64,000 bases of DNA, taken from positions 129,580,001 through 129,644,000 of the forward strand of contig OX597815.1 in the NCBI GenBank assembly GCA_951406725.2, given 5' to 3'. Below the pieces are notes generated by a model. It did no database searches, was not told where the DNA came from, and was given only the letters and a program-made list of their open reading frames with translations. The first letter of the stretch is position 1. Each line of letters opens with the position of its first letter. Below are positions 35,031 to 48,700 of the stretch, one piece after another. The DNA comes from Octopus vulgaris (lineage: Eukaryota). The position numbers and the translations under genes were made by a program.

Positions 35031-36414
35031 TTAAATAACGACAAAGTTATTGTAGTTAATTTATCATTATTTTCTAAATTAATTAAATAAAGGCAGGATA
35101 TTTCAACAAAAATATGGGTTAAAGCAACTGCAGAGTTATTCTAAAATATCTAATATCTCATGAAACTTCATTAGTTCCTCTCTATAATTAGATTTATCAA
35201 TTTTAATAAATCCAATTCTTTTTAGGAGTGATGCATATAGATGAGGACAGCTGCACGAAGAATTGCTGAGCTCTAATTGTGGAGGGAACCAGTGGAAGGA
35301 GTAAACCCAGGAAGACATGTGACGAAGTGGTGAGAAAGAATCTTCGGATGCACTACACAAGTTACTAAACAACTGATGAAGAAACAATACCAAATAACGA
35401 TCCATAATTATATATTCCCTAGTTAGGGAAATTATAACTACAATTTTATTATTGTTGTTGCTGTTGTTAGGCAGCAAGCTGAAAGAATCATTAGCACGCC
35501 AGACAAAATGCTTAGCAGTATTTTGTCTGTCTTTATGTGCTGGGTTCAAAGGTTGACTTTGCCTTTCATCCTTTGGGTTTGATAAAATGAGTACCATTTG
35601 ATCAGAAGGGACCAATGTAATTGACAAAACCACTCCCTCTGAATTCTGCCAAAGTTTGAAACCATTATTATTAATTTTATCCCAATTATATACAAAGACA
35701 CTTTAAGTTAATTTATTGATGTTGTTTAAACACAGGTCATCCATGATCCAGATCAACAATCCATGACATTCTGGTTGTGACCATCCCATCTTTATCAAAG
35801 ACTCAGGATCACATTTTCCAACACCACCACTATCTCATCTTCATCAAAGCCCATAATGATTGAATGATGTATTTTTTCATATACATTGTCCAATCATTAA
35901 AGGCTCTGATGAAACTGTGAGAAGTCATGCTAATATTCACTATAGGGCACAGTATTTCTTACAGCAAAAACAGCTGTAAGCTAATGGATTTAATTATGTA
36001 ACACCTACTTTTTTGTCATTTATTAATTAACACTTTATAGACAGAGCCTCATTTGGAATTTCAGTGCCAAGCAGATGGAGCCCTTTTCACAAGCCCTACA
36101 GAGGGCATGCACTTATTTAAAAAAAAAAAAAAAAATTATAAAAAATAAAGTAATTACTTTACATGTATAAAACTATATATATTCATGTAGGAAACTGAAT
36201 GAACCAATACAATCTTCTTCATCATTTGACTTTTTGGCTGATAGATTGGCCCTATCATCTCTTAAGGGTTAATACTATGCTCTATACTTATGATATGGTT
36301 TAAAAATGTGAATTCTCACTACCTCAGCTGCTTATGAATACCATACATTATAAGTAAATCAAGCACTAAAACTTAGCTAAGCAATACAATTAAATAAATA
36401 CACACACAGTTTGG

Positions 36415-36497
36415 AGAGAGAGCGAGAGAGAGAATGAGAGAGAGAGAGAGAATGAGAGAGAGAGAATGAGAGAGAGAGAGAATGAGAGAGAGAGAGG
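36415..36497. repeat. (GA)n microsatellite with periodic AAT interruptions; many other (TA)n, (TG)n, (CAT)n and (TAT)n tracts are not listed
   Basis: Direct reading. Confidence 0.9.
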
Positions 36498-36835
36498 GAA
36501 ATAAGATAGTATCAATAGCTGTACATAGTTATTCCATTTGGTAGGGTCAACTTAAGTTTCTAGAAAAATCTGAACTGATCATCTTTATAATATATTTGTC
36601 AGGGAGACATGGTTATCTCAGGTGAAAAGGATATCCTCTCTGCTCTCTTTCTCTCTCTCTCTCATTTCACTTACCCTATTCCTGTGCATTTGTTAATTCG
36701 ATGCTCTCTGATTATTAATGTTGGCCTTTACAAGAGCAACAACATACTTATAAATAAAAATTAGTTAAACTTGGTCTGAAACTAATATGATACAACAGCA
36801 AGTAGATCAGAAACAGAAAAGAAGATTGATCTTAC

Positions 36836-36898
36836 TTTTGACTTTGTTCATTATAGTTTTCTTTCAATACCACATGTTCCTCTGCCATTAATTCCAGT
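36836..36898 (-). CDS. CIP2A: CIP2A orthologue exon (LELMAEEHVVLKENYNEQSQK)
   Basis: tttcag acceptor, aa|gtaag donor, phase 2 to 2. Matches recalled KLESVAEEHEIL. Confidence 0.9.
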
Positions 36899-37802
36899 CT
36901 GAAATTGAAACGATAAAGAAGGAGAATTTTCTTTAATATTATTTACATACTGTAAGGTAGGAATCATATTTTATTTAGAAGACAAGTTAAAATTTAGTAT
37001 AACAAAATACGTTTGTGGTGCAATGAAGCTGCAATAACAAAACATTTTAGGTTTTAATTGTTTCAGTCATTGAACAGTGGCCATGTTGTGGCACCAGCTT
37101 GTAGGGTTTAGTCAAACAAATTGACCCAAGTATTAATACTTGTTTTTTAAGTTTGAGATTTATTCTAACAGTCTCTTATGACAAACCACAAAATTGTGCC
37201 CATGTCCTTTGCAAGCCCTCCTAAACTTGTAGTAAGAGAAGATGAGTTGGAACAAAACTGCAGATATTGGAGAAGAGGAGAAAAAAAAAAAAGAACCATC
37301 TTGGCTGAAAAGCCAAAAACTTCTGGTTTTTGGCTTTTCAGAAAAGATTAGAGAAAGGTGGTGCATTGAAAGGTCATGACAACCCCTACTGGAGGCGTAA
37401 ACCAATTACTTGCAGAGAAAATTCCACTGAAAACAGCTAAATGCCAAGTGGATTCATCATCATCATTGTTTAGCGTCCGCTTTCCATGCTAGTATTGGTT
37501 GGACGGTTCAACTGGGGTCTGGGAAGCCAGGAGGCTGCACCAGGCCCAGTCTGATCTGGCAGTGTTTCTACAGCTGGATGCCCTTCCTAACGTCAACCAC
37601 TCTGTGAGTGTAGTGGGTGCTTTTTACGTGCCAGACGATGCTGGCGAACGGCCACGCTCGGATGGTGTTTTTTATGTGCCACCGACATAGGTGCCAGACG
37701 AGGCTGGCGAACGGCCACGCTCGGATGGTGTTTTTTACATGCCACCGGCACGGAGGCCAGGCGAGGCTGGCACGGCCACGATCGGATGGTGTTTGCTACG
37801 TG

Positions 37803-37833
<31 letters not shown>

Positions 37834-38300
37834 TCCTCTTTTACTTTTACTCTTTTACTTGCTTCAGTCATTTGACTGCGGCCATGCTGGAGCACCGCCT
37901 CCAATCGAGCAACTCGACCCCAGGACTCACTCCTTGTAAGCCCAGCACTCACTCCATCGGTCTCCCCCGCCGAACTGCCAAGTGACAGGGACGCAAACAC
38001 ACCAGCATCGGTTATCAAGCAATACTAGGGGAACAAACATATATATATGACAGGATTGTGACTGCATTATATCAGAAGTGTCACAGAAGAGTAATAGGGT
38101 TTGAAAGAAGTTTGTCAGCAGAGAAGTCTTGTGTTGTAACTCTAGAAGAGCTGCAAACCATTCCATTTGCAAAGAAAAGTAAAATGAAATACACACACCA
38201 AGACGAAAGTAAATGTTATATATTTTACTTTTAACAAAACAAGGTGAAACAAATATGGAGTTTCCAAAAGGTAGAACCAGAAAAAGAAAGAACATCTCAC

Positions 38301-38422
38301 TTCTGTTTTTCAGCCAGTAAATTGTTATAGTTTGTCTCAAGAGCAGTCATATTTTGTAGCTTTTCTTGATATTCTTCTGTTCTTTTTTCAAAAGTTCGGA
38401 GCATATTACGTATGCTACAGTT
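38301..38422 (-). CDS. CIP2A: CIP2A orthologue exon (NCSIRNMLRTFEKRTEEYQEKLQNMTALETNYNNLLAEKQK)
   Basis: cttcag acceptor, aa|gtgag donor, phase 0 to 2, open coiled-coil frame. Confidence 0.88.
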
Positions 38423-38932
38423 CTGAAGATAAAATTTCAAAAGAATAAAGAGAATTAATTTAATAAAACCAATGAGACTTCAAGTGTAAATGCTAAGTAA
38501 AATTTGAGTGTTGTGTTTGTCACCAGATGTTATCAAAAAGGTTTAATCAACACCTATTCTTAACTTACATTTGTATTTTTATTGAACACACAGAAGAATA
38601 ATTGACGGAAAAAATACAATACTTGATTAAAATACTTATTTTACTGACCCCAGAAAAACGAAAGGCAAAAACCGGCCTTAGTGGGATTTGAACTCAGAAC
38701 AAAGTGATATAACTAAACACTTCTAGGCATGTTGCCGTCTGCTGTTTGACAGATTCTGATAATCCATCACAGTTTATAATTAGTCCCGTGTTTACATCTG
38801 ATATAACAACACCTTGATGGATGGAAGTTTGAAACCATAACAGATGAAACATATTTGAAGTGGCCTTCTTACAACCATAAACTAAACCACTTCAATGAAA
38901 ATTCTATGAAGACTTCACTAGTAGAAACTTAC

Positions 38933-39043
38933 CTCTGCTTCTGCTTCTGCACGACGAGACCTGAATTGACTTATGACACGATCAGCACGGACCACTGCTA
39001 ATGTCTTAGCTTCCAAAAGGTCTTGTAGCTGCTGTTCTCTCAT
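38933..39043 (-). CDS. CIP2A: CIP2A orthologue exon (MREQQLQDLLEAKTLAVVRADRVISQFRSRRAEAEAE)
   Basis: ccttag acceptor, gag|gtaagt donor, 111 nt. Matches recalled [21 protein letters not shown]. Confidence 0.93.
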
Positions 39044-40285
39044 CTAAGGAAAGAATCAAAGTATTCAATATTTACATTATTTTCACTGCTTATTAAAGAT
39101 GCCTTCTTTCTGGTGCTTATTTTTTTTCTTAAAGAAATTTAATAAAAACAGTCATACCAATCCTTTCTATTATAGGCAAAAAGCCTGAAATTTTGAGGGA
39201 GGGGGCTAGTCGATTACATTGATCCTTGTGTTCAACTAGTACTTATTTTATCAACTCCAAAAGGAGAAAGATAAAGTTAACTGTGGCAGAATTAAATCTA
39301 ATTAAATGCCACTAAACATTTTGTCTAGCATGATAACGATTCTACCAGCTCACCATCTTGACAACAGTCATAATAATAATTGTTTCTTACACACAAAACC
39401 TGATATTTAGGGAAGACAGTATTAGATGATTAAATCAACTCCAGTACTTGACTGTTACTTTATTTTATTGATCCTGGAAAGACAGAAGGCAAAGATGACC
39501 TGAAGAAGATTTAAGCAAAACACATAAAAACATTGCAATAACATAGTGTAAAGCTTTATAGTGACATTGAACTTGGAATCACATGGTTATGAAGTAAATT
39601 TTCTAACCACACAGACTGGGTGCCTTCCTGTACCCAAACAACAATCTCATAATTCATCATCATCATCATCATTTAATGTCTGTTTTTCATGCTGGTAGGG
39701 GTTGGATGGTTTGACAGGAGCTGATAAGTGGCACCAGGCTACAGTCTGTTTTGGTTAGCTTCTTCAGCTGGATGTCCTTCATAACATTAATACATAAAGC
39801 GCAACGGGCCATGATCATGGCTGTCAGGCACAGGCTGACAGGCCACGATCATGGCCCAGATAGATGCATTTAATTTATGGGCGTTTATTGGGGTCTAATG
39901 TCACTCAAACGCTCCAATGCCCCCCAGAATGCAAAAGGACTAATAGTTGAACTAATGACTTTTCACCATTACATACTAAAAAGATATTTTTTGTTTTTAT
40001 GTGTGCATGGTCGTCTCATTTTCATAAAATGTGCTCAGCAGTCCATGCTATGTAAGTGCATATCCCAGCACTTTATGGGTTAACCACTTTACAGAGTGTA
40101 GTGGGTGCTTTTACATGTTACCAGTACAGGTGTTTCTTAAATGGCATTGGTACAGATGCTTTTTGTGCAGTACCAGCACCAGTGCTTTTCATGGTGTACC
40201 AGCATCGGTGCTTTTTCCTATTCTGTTTAAATAACTTAGTAAAAAGAGGGCTTTCCCAATACAAATTCAAGGTAACCAATCTTAC

Positions 40286-40348
40286 CTGCATTGACTGCAG
40301 CTTGTGCTCATAAACATCTATCATTTCAGAAAGCTTCACATCTTTTAC
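40286..40348 (-). CDS. CIP2A: CIP2A orthologue exon (VKDVKLSEMIDVYEHKLQSMQ)
   Basis: cccag acceptor, cag|gtaag donor, 63 nt. Matches recalled DVRISDIMDVYEMKLSTL. Confidence 0.93.
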
Positions 40349-40694
40349 CTGGGAAAGGAATAAATAGATAAATAAATAAAGATACAAAAGTAGTGGAATG
40401 ACAATTTAAACTTTTGGCTTTGTGGTTGAGGAGATGAATAGAAGAGACAACGATGTCAGGCAGAGATGCATAAGACTATCTTGGTTAATACAGAATGTTT
40501 GGTATGAAAGGGTGGCAAAAGGGAGGAGGGGAGAGAGAGAGAGTGTGTGTGTGTGTGAGTGATGGATAGTAATAGAAGGGGATAAATGTTAACAGTGTAT
40601 GGTAGATGACATAATATAACAAACAGTATTACTGAGCATTTTTTCTAAGGACCTTCTTGGAGAAAGTAAATACCGGAAAGGAATATATACCAAC

Positions 40695-40905
40695 CTCTAA
40701 ACCAGTTTGAAGTTTTTCAATCAAATCTTCAATGTTCTGCTCAGCAATTGATGCTGATTTTCCAGGAACTTTCTGACCACCATGATTTGATGGTAAAATA
40801 TTGTAAGAGTTGTGGATATTGCTATTCCATCCAAATGAAGAATTGTTCATTGTTTTATGATCTTGTTCACGGACAACGTTGTTAGCAGCCAAGGCATCAC
40901 CCAAC
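40695..40905 (-). CDS. CIP2A: CIP2A orthologue exon (LGDALAANN...NIEDLIEKLQTGLE)
   Basis: tttag acceptor, gag|gttggt donor, phase 2 to 0. Matches recalled CIP2A LGESIAANN...NIEELIEKLQSG. Confidence 0.92.
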
Positions 40906-40924
40906 CTAAAATGATGATTTAGAG

Positions 40925-41582
40925 TATTATTATTACTATTACTATTATTATTTTCCTTCTTTCTTCAAATTTTCTTGTGTTTCTCGCCGAGTGTTTTCCA
41001 TACACCTAGGACAGAGAAGCTCATTGTATGCATTCCCAGATTACACACCCAAATTCACAGGTAAAATATGTATTTAAAAAATTAATAAATAAATAAATTC
41101 ATGAAAGGATGTTGTTTTCACAGCGATAATGCTCTTCTCAGTACATGAGTCATTCCAGTTAAACGATTTTTTGCACTTCCTGTAGGGATGGTAAGCCTGG
41201 TATCATTCTCAAATAGGTTTCAGTACCTTTTTTTATCATTCCTAGAGATCCTACAATTACTGGTACTATAGTCGCCTTGAGATGCCACATTTTTTCAATT
41301 TCTATTAGCAAGCCTTTATATTTACTGATCTTGTCAAATTCTTTCGCCACTATATTGTGATCGCAAGGGATACTCATGTCAATTAATAAACACACCTCTT
41401 TTGTCTGATCTTTTATAATAATATCCAGTTTATTAGCTTATATAGTTTTGTCAGTATGTACGGGGAAGTCCCAGAGAATCGACACATTTTCTCCCTCAGT
41501 CATAGCTTTAGGATGGTGTTTATAGCATTTGTAAGCGGTTTTGATTTTATAATGCTGACACATTGTCCAGTGTAAATATTGC

Positions 41583-41615
<33 letters not shown>
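40925..41615 (-). mobile_element. R4/Dong-clade non-LTR retrotransposon 3' fragment (restriction-like endonuclease domain)
   Basis: ILWDFPVHTDKTI...DIII...LIDMSIPCD...DKISKY...LKATIVPVIVGSLG; flanked on both sides by (TAA)n. Confidence 0.85.
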
Positions 41616-41994
41616 GTGTGCTGGGGCAGCATTTCTTTTGCCTGTTTACATTCTAAGTTCAAATACTGCCAAAGTCAACTTTACTTTTCATCCTTTCAGG
41701 GTTGAAAATATTAGTACAATGTTGTGGCGACAGCCATTGACACCCCTGGGGAATTGGAAAAATGAACTAGTTGAACCCTTATAAAGAGTAGCGTATTGGT
41801 TGAGACAAGAGGTCGGTAGGAGTTGTTGAGAGGGCGTTTTTTGAAGTACATTGTGTGAACACATTGATTTTACCTCTATTCATTAAATTATATATCCAGT
41901 GTTTGTCTAGGATACAACAACAATACCAACAGTTACTGGAAGTAGTGTTGAAGAAGTCTGAAAATACTTCAGGTTCATTCTCATCAGACGGTAC

Positions 41995-42775
41995 GGATCT
42001 TTACCTTTTGTCCAACAGATTTAAAAAATAATTTTTGCAACTAAACACTTTCAAACTTCGGACACTGGCAGAATGTGTCATATAAAACATCTTTTACTCT
42101 TAACGTTTTTGAGAAAAGCTTATATTTAGGAAGTTATTTCATGTTAAAGTTGTAGTATTTTGGTAATTTCAACCAGTCAATGACGTTTATTTAGCTGAAT
42201 AAAACTACTGCTGTTGTTTGTCAACAACAACTATCGGTGGTGAATTTTTCGTTTGTCAATGTTATTTATGACATCATTTGTACTTTTGTACTGGTTTTAG
42301 CGTTAGGGTTTTAGGGTTGGGGTTAGGGTTTTAGGGTTAGGGCTAGGGTTTAGGGTTAGGGTTTTAAGCATTAGGGTTTTAGGGTTAGAGTTACAGAAAA
42401 AAATGAAAAATGAAGCATGAATAATTATGGTGGTGCCATGAAGTAAACATGCTTCAGATACACTCATTTATTCATACGAACGTAACTGAGACGAAATATG
42501 TCACAAATAACAGTGACAAATGAAATATACACCGCCAGAAGTTGTTGTTGACAAACAACAGCAGCAATTTTATTCAGCTGAATACACATCATTGATTGGT
42601 TGAAATTACCAAAATACAACTTTAACAAGAAATAACTTCCAAAATACAGAATTGTCTCAACAACGCTAAGAGAAAAAGATGTTTTATGTGACACATTCTA
42701 CCAGTATACGAAGTTTGAAAGTGTTTAGTTATAAAAAATTAATTTTTAAATCTGTCGGTCAAAAGGTAAAGATCC
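41995..42775. mobile_element. Non-autonomous TIR DNA transposon with about 280-bp TIRs and internal TTAGGG-like array
   Basis: Ends are GGATCTTTACCTTTTG...CAAAAGGTAAAGATCC. Flanks gacggtac and aaaggtac match at 6/8, a probable 8-bp TSD. Confidence 0.85.
42293..42390 (+). repeat. Interstitial degenerate telomeric (TTAGGG/TTTTAGGG) repeats
   Basis: ttagggttttagggttggggttagggttttagggttagggctagggtttagggttaggg... Confidence 0.9.
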
Positions 42776-45671
42776 AAAGGTACTACTTTTTCTGCATATT
42801 TTAGAAGATACAAAGAAATCTTCAAAGAAGAATGTAAAAATTGGAATGATGAGAAGAATTTTAAGAAAATTATCCCCTGCTAAACAAGAAAAATACTGTA
42901 ATTATATTCTGTTAAAGAAATCAGGTGCAATTTGTTTTGATGAAACAATTAATTTGTTATCAAGAATTTTCAGTGAAAGAAGTTCCTCTTTCAATACCCG
43001 TTGGCAGTGTTTAAAGTTAGTTAAAAAAGATGATGAAGATTGCATCACCTATGCTGGGGTCATTAACAGAGTGTAAAAGATTCAAATTAAATAAATTAAC
43101 CCTGGATTTGTTCAATTGTCAAATTTTTGTTCAAGGGTTAACTGCAAGAAAAGATGCTGATATATATTCCCATATATTAGCAAAATTAGAATAGGACCAA
43201 AAATTAACTCTACAGGTAGTAGCTGAAGAATGCCAGAGGATTATAAATTTAAGACATAATGTGGATAAAATTAAAGAAAACAATTGTTTTCAGATACATG
43301 TGTGAAACGGATAAGGAAAAACGAACATCAAGACCAAATCCATGCTATGTATGCAGAGGTTTACATCATCATCATCATCATCATCGTCGTTTAACGTCCG
43401 TTCTCCATGCTAGCATGGGTTGGACGGTTCGACCGGGGTTCTGGGAAGCCAGAAGGCTGCACCAGGCTCCAGTCTAATCTGGCAATGTTTCTACAGCTGG
43501 ATGCCCTTCCTAACGCCAACCACTCCGTGAGTGTAGTGGGTGCTTTTTACGTGCCACCTGCACATACGTGCCACCTGCACATATTAGAAGTAATTGTCCT
43601 TTTAAAAATTGTAGATGTTTTGAGTGTGGAAATATTGGACATAAAAGCTCACATTGTACAGTGAAACAAAAACAGGGTCAAACAAAAAAAATTCTAGAAA
43701 GAATGTATTGTTAACAAAATTTCTAAGTGAGACTCAGAAATGAAAATTTGTATCCATAAAAATGAATAATGTGAATATCAAGTTACAATTGGATACAGGC
43801 AGTGATATCATGACAAATAATACAGATACAATGGTGGTGCCCCAGCACGGCCACAGCTCGTGAGCTGAAACTAGATAAAGATAAAGATACATGGAGAAAA
43901 GTAGAGAAACCTAGATTAAAGGAAACTTTGAAAATTGCGTGGTGTTTCAGGAAAAAAATTGCATTTTATGGGCAAAATTATAAGTGATGCTACAGTTTGT
44001 GGAAAAACCTTGAAAGCCAAAGTTTTAGTGTAGAAAAATACAAATTTATTTGGAAGAGACTGGATGGAATGAGTTAACTTATGGGACCTCCCCATAAATA
44101 CTTTTTGTAAAAATGTGAATGGTTCTTACACCAGTACAAATAAGGTGTCAGAGGATTAAAAAAAATGAATTATGAAATATTTTTCCTGAAGTTTTTTCTG
44201 ATGAATTGGGTCTTTGCACCAAAACAGAGGTGAAGTTTCAAATGAAAGAAAATGCTATACCGGTTTTTAAACAAAAACAAACAGTACTTTTCGCAGTGTT
44301 GAAACAAGTCAACAAAGAATTGGATAGACTTGAAAAGCTTGGCATTATTGAAAAAACTGATTACACAAATTGGGCATTCCCAACAATTTATGTTAAGAAA
44401 AAAATAAATAAAATCTGAGTGTGCACTTATTTTTCAAAGGGATTAAATGAATGTTTGATGCCATATAATTACCCATTACCAACTCTGGAGAAAATTTTTA
44501 TGAAATTGGAGGAAAATTTTTTCAAAGTTGGACCTATCTGAAGCATATTTGGAGGTAAAAGTTATTGAGGAATGTTCGAAATTATTGACAATAAATATCA
44601 ATAAAGGGTGGTTATAAATTTAATCGACTCCCCTTTGGTAGGTGCTGGTACCACATGAAAAGCACCCATGCCAGTACCATGTGGAAAGTACCTGCGCTGG
44701 TGTCAGGCAAAAGGCATCCACTACACTTTGTAAAGTGGTTGGTGTTGGGGAAGAAACCATGCCAAAGCAGATGATTGGAGCTTGCTGCAGCCCTCCAGTT
44801 TGCCAGCTCCTGTCAAAATTGTCCAGCATGGAAAACAAACATTAAATGATGATGATCATGATGATGATAATATATATATCACAACTTTTCCAGTTTGAAA
44901 AACAGCTGAAACAAAACATTATTTATGTGCAGTCCATATTCTTCTTAAAAAACAAACTAGCTACCTGTCATAGTTTTTTTGGTACACTAAATCTACTTAC
45001 TAATTTATTGACAAAATATCCAAAAGATTTAGAAAACACACATTTTCAAAATGCTGAACATATGGTAACACACACAAACACACACACATAGCACACCTTT
45101 ATTGGTGACCTCTATAGTTGGTTAGCTATATACCTACTATCACAGCTCAATGATGACTCATAATAATTTAACTCGTTTTCAAACACGATAAAATATGAGA
45201 CAGATTGGTTCGATAGACACAGAAGGAAAAAAAAAGTATATATTACAAAAACCTGCCATTTATTTCCTAACTACCCACTCTTCTTTTTAATCATGTTATT
45301 AGAAGATCTACACTTCATGATTTTTTTTTACATTTTTAGCTAAATAAAAAGGAGAAAAAAAATTAAACAAAAATAAAACATCGATTTTTTTTTTTCTAAG
45401 TACTCAGAATGTTTGTTTGTGCTATCATAAATCTGAAAGATGTTTGTTTTATAATGTGATGTAAGTTTAAGCTGCAGCCTGCTCACTAACGTTCTGTATA
45501 TCAACAAAGTCTGTATGTGATATTAATATACAACTGTTGCAGCCTTAAGTAAGATGTGATATACACACACACACATATGTATATGCACAGGTATATGTGT
45601 GTGAGTGTGTGTATGTGTATATGTGTGTATAAATGTTAACATGTAAGTGTATGCATATATATGTATATATA

Positions 45672-45717
<46 letters not shown>

Positions 45718-48700
45718 TGTGTGTGTGTGCCTATACAAATGAATATATATGCGTGTTTGTGTTTGTGTGTAAGCATGCTAATAAAATTGCAGCCTACCAA
45801 AGGCGGCAACAGATGAACACCTTGATGGCAAGCCAAAAGTAGGTGGTGTCTAAGTCACCCAGACGTGTGCCAACGCAGAGGCTTAGATGTCTCGGCATGC
45901 AGCATCAGTGCAGCTTTCTGTTTTAAAGCTGCTTTGGCAGAACAGTTAATACAAGTAATTACTGAGGAATGCTGAAATCGGTAAAACATGATGACATTAT
46001 TTAAGTGAGGCCAAACCGGTAGATAAAGGAGTGGAGAGAGCAGGGATGGTTTCTTATCTCATCATCATTTAACGTCTGTTTTCCATGCTGGTGTGGGTCA
46101 GACAGTTTGACAGGAACGGGCTAGCTGAAGAGTTGCCCAGACTCCAATCATCTGCTTTGGCATGGCCTCTATGGCTGGATGCCCTTCCTAACGCCAACCA
46201 CTTTACAGAGTGTACTGAATGTTTTTTTAGGTGATACTGGCACAGGTGCTTTTTATGTGGCACTGAAATGGCAGCACTTTACATGGCACCAGCACCTGCA
46301 AGCCTTCAAGACAGAGACAGCAGCACATGCCAGTATGTATAGATGGCCATGGTTTTACTTAGCTTGACATTTCTTCTCAAGCATAGCAAATCAACAAAGG
46401 TCTCAGTCCCTTGCCATCTCCTCAGTGGGACCCAATGTCTGAACATTCTTTCTTACTGCTTACATAGTGCAATATCATGGAATTAAGAAAAAGTCAATAG
46501 GCACAGGTGTGGCTGTGGAGTTGAGAACATTGTTTCTGAATCTTCCTGGGTTAAAATCTACTGTACAGCACCTTGGACAAGCATTTATTAATGTAGCTCC
46601 AACCAAAGCTTTGTGAGTGTATTTGGTAGGGGGAAAATTGAAAGAAGATTGTTGTGTGTATGTATGTATGTAGATATGTGTATTTGTGGCTACACATCAT
46701 GTGGTGATTGTAAATGTGTGTCATCATCATACAAGCAAGGTTATTTGTTTCCAGTCTTCTGTGATAAAACATGTCTGGTCATAAGGAAATATTACTTTGC
46801 TTGGAAACAGACGAAGGTTTGTGACAGGAAGGGCAGCCAGCCATAGAAAAATCTTCCTCCACAAATTCTATTTGACCAATGCAAGCATGAGAAAGTGGAT
46901 GATAAATGAATAAGATAATGAATTCTATTTTGTATTCATTTTATAAGTAGGAGACTTCCTTTCATGTTGTCTTGAGTATTGCAGGAGACTCTTGATTGAA
47001 ATTAATTTTAGCAACATCTTTCACCAAAGATTATTTTGTTCATTGGTGAGAATTTTTCCAGAGCATATTGCTTTTTCTTTATTTGAAGATAATGTAATTC
47101 ACACACATACACATATCCTTATGCAAGAATTGCATGTGTGCATGCGTGTGCATAAATATGTGTGTGTGTGTGTCTGTATATAGATATGAGGTTGATGCCA
47201 GTGCCCACTGACTGGCTCCTGTGCCAGTGGCACGTAAAAAGCACCCACTACACTCTCAAAGTGGTTGGCGTTAGGAAGAGCATCCAGCTATAGAAACCTT
47301 GCCAGATCAAATTGAAGCTAGGTCCAGCCTACTGGCTTGCAAGTCCTCAGTTAAACCATCCTACCCATGCCACCAAGGAAAGCAGATGTTAAATGATGAT
47401 GATGATGATGACAATGACGACGACAATGGGATATATAAAATCATCATCTAACGTCTACTTTACCATGCTTGCATGTGTCGGATAAAATTTGTTGAAGCAC
47501 ATCTTCTTTAGCCAGATGCCCTTGCTGTTGCCAACCATCACCCATTTCCAAGCAAAACAATATTCCCCATGGTCTGACATGTTTTACACAGTAGACTGGA
47601 AATGAACAACCTCACTTGTGAATTAGAAGCAGCTTGAGCTATATAAATAAAATCAAACACACCTACACAAGGTGTGTGTTGTTAGTTTAGGTATAAGAGG
47701 CATCAGGTGTAATTCTCTTATGCCTAAAATGCAGCTGGCTCATGAACAAATAACACACACACATTGTGTATGTGTATTCAATTTTGTTTATAACCTCACC
47801 TGTATGACAATGAAACTGATTTACAACCATTACATGATACCTAGACAAGGGTATGCACAATCAAGTGTGTGTGCGTGTGTACATAAATGTAGTTCCTACA
47901 TTTATATAATTTCTGCAACTCCACTCTGTTCTCTTTCTTTCTCTCTATCCCTCTATAATCCTCTATATTTTCCGCTTCTCCCCCTCCTTCTTTGCTGTCC
48001 TCTTTCTCCCACTCTCTACTAGCTTTCATTCCTTCTCCTCACTCCTTTTGTTTCTTACCTTCATCCTCTCTCTCTTGACCCCCTTCCCCTCTGCCTGTTG
48101 CTCACATGTGACTACAGGCCATTTCTCTTGTCTGTCTTTTTTGGACAAGACGCCCACCGGACTGCATGTAATTTCTCTTGCCTCCCGACATATTTTCTCT
48201 TCTATTTATTCTATTTCCTTTAAAACTTTCTCCCAGGCATTACCCATTATAATTCGTCTTGGCCTAACAGCTATTAATGTTTGTCCTTGTCAACTGTTTA
48301 TTTTGTACATCCATTCTGTTGTTGTTTGTTTGTTTGAAGCCCTAACTCTCCACAAATTTTATATTTTAAAAATTTCTGGATGCTGCTGTCTTATAAAGTT
48401 TTCCTATCTTCTCACTAAAAGCACGAAATAGAGAGTAGTAAAACAGTCAGCAACTGAGAAGGAGATAGACATCTTTTGGTATTTTGTCCTGTACTTAACT
48501 CTTATGTGTTTATGTGTTTTTCATTTGTCAGTGATGTCCTGTACTGAATGTATATTTCATATATATATATATATATCATCATCATCATCATCACCTACAT
48601 ATACATACATACATATATATGAGTCAAGTAAAACCAATATCGTAGCTGTGACCAGTGCCCCCTGACTGGCTCGCGTGGCAATGGCACGTAAAAAGGACCA

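Larger units (their letters stand above)
41720..44640 (+). mobile_element. Degenerate Ty3/Gypsy (K02A2.6-like) LTR retrotransposon, interrupted by other elements
   Basis: Putative LTR TG...CA at about 41720-41919. Gag-like FSERSSSFNTRWQCLKLVKKDDED at 42846-43076. Protease KLQLDTGSDI at about 43780. RT start LGLCTK...ELDRLEKLGIIEK...WAFP at 44206-44418. Many stops. Confidence 0.85.

Noticed and set aside
42293-42390. True telomere or chromosome-fusion site
   Set aside because: The array is short, degenerate, in one orientation, and enclosed by transposon TIRs within an intron.
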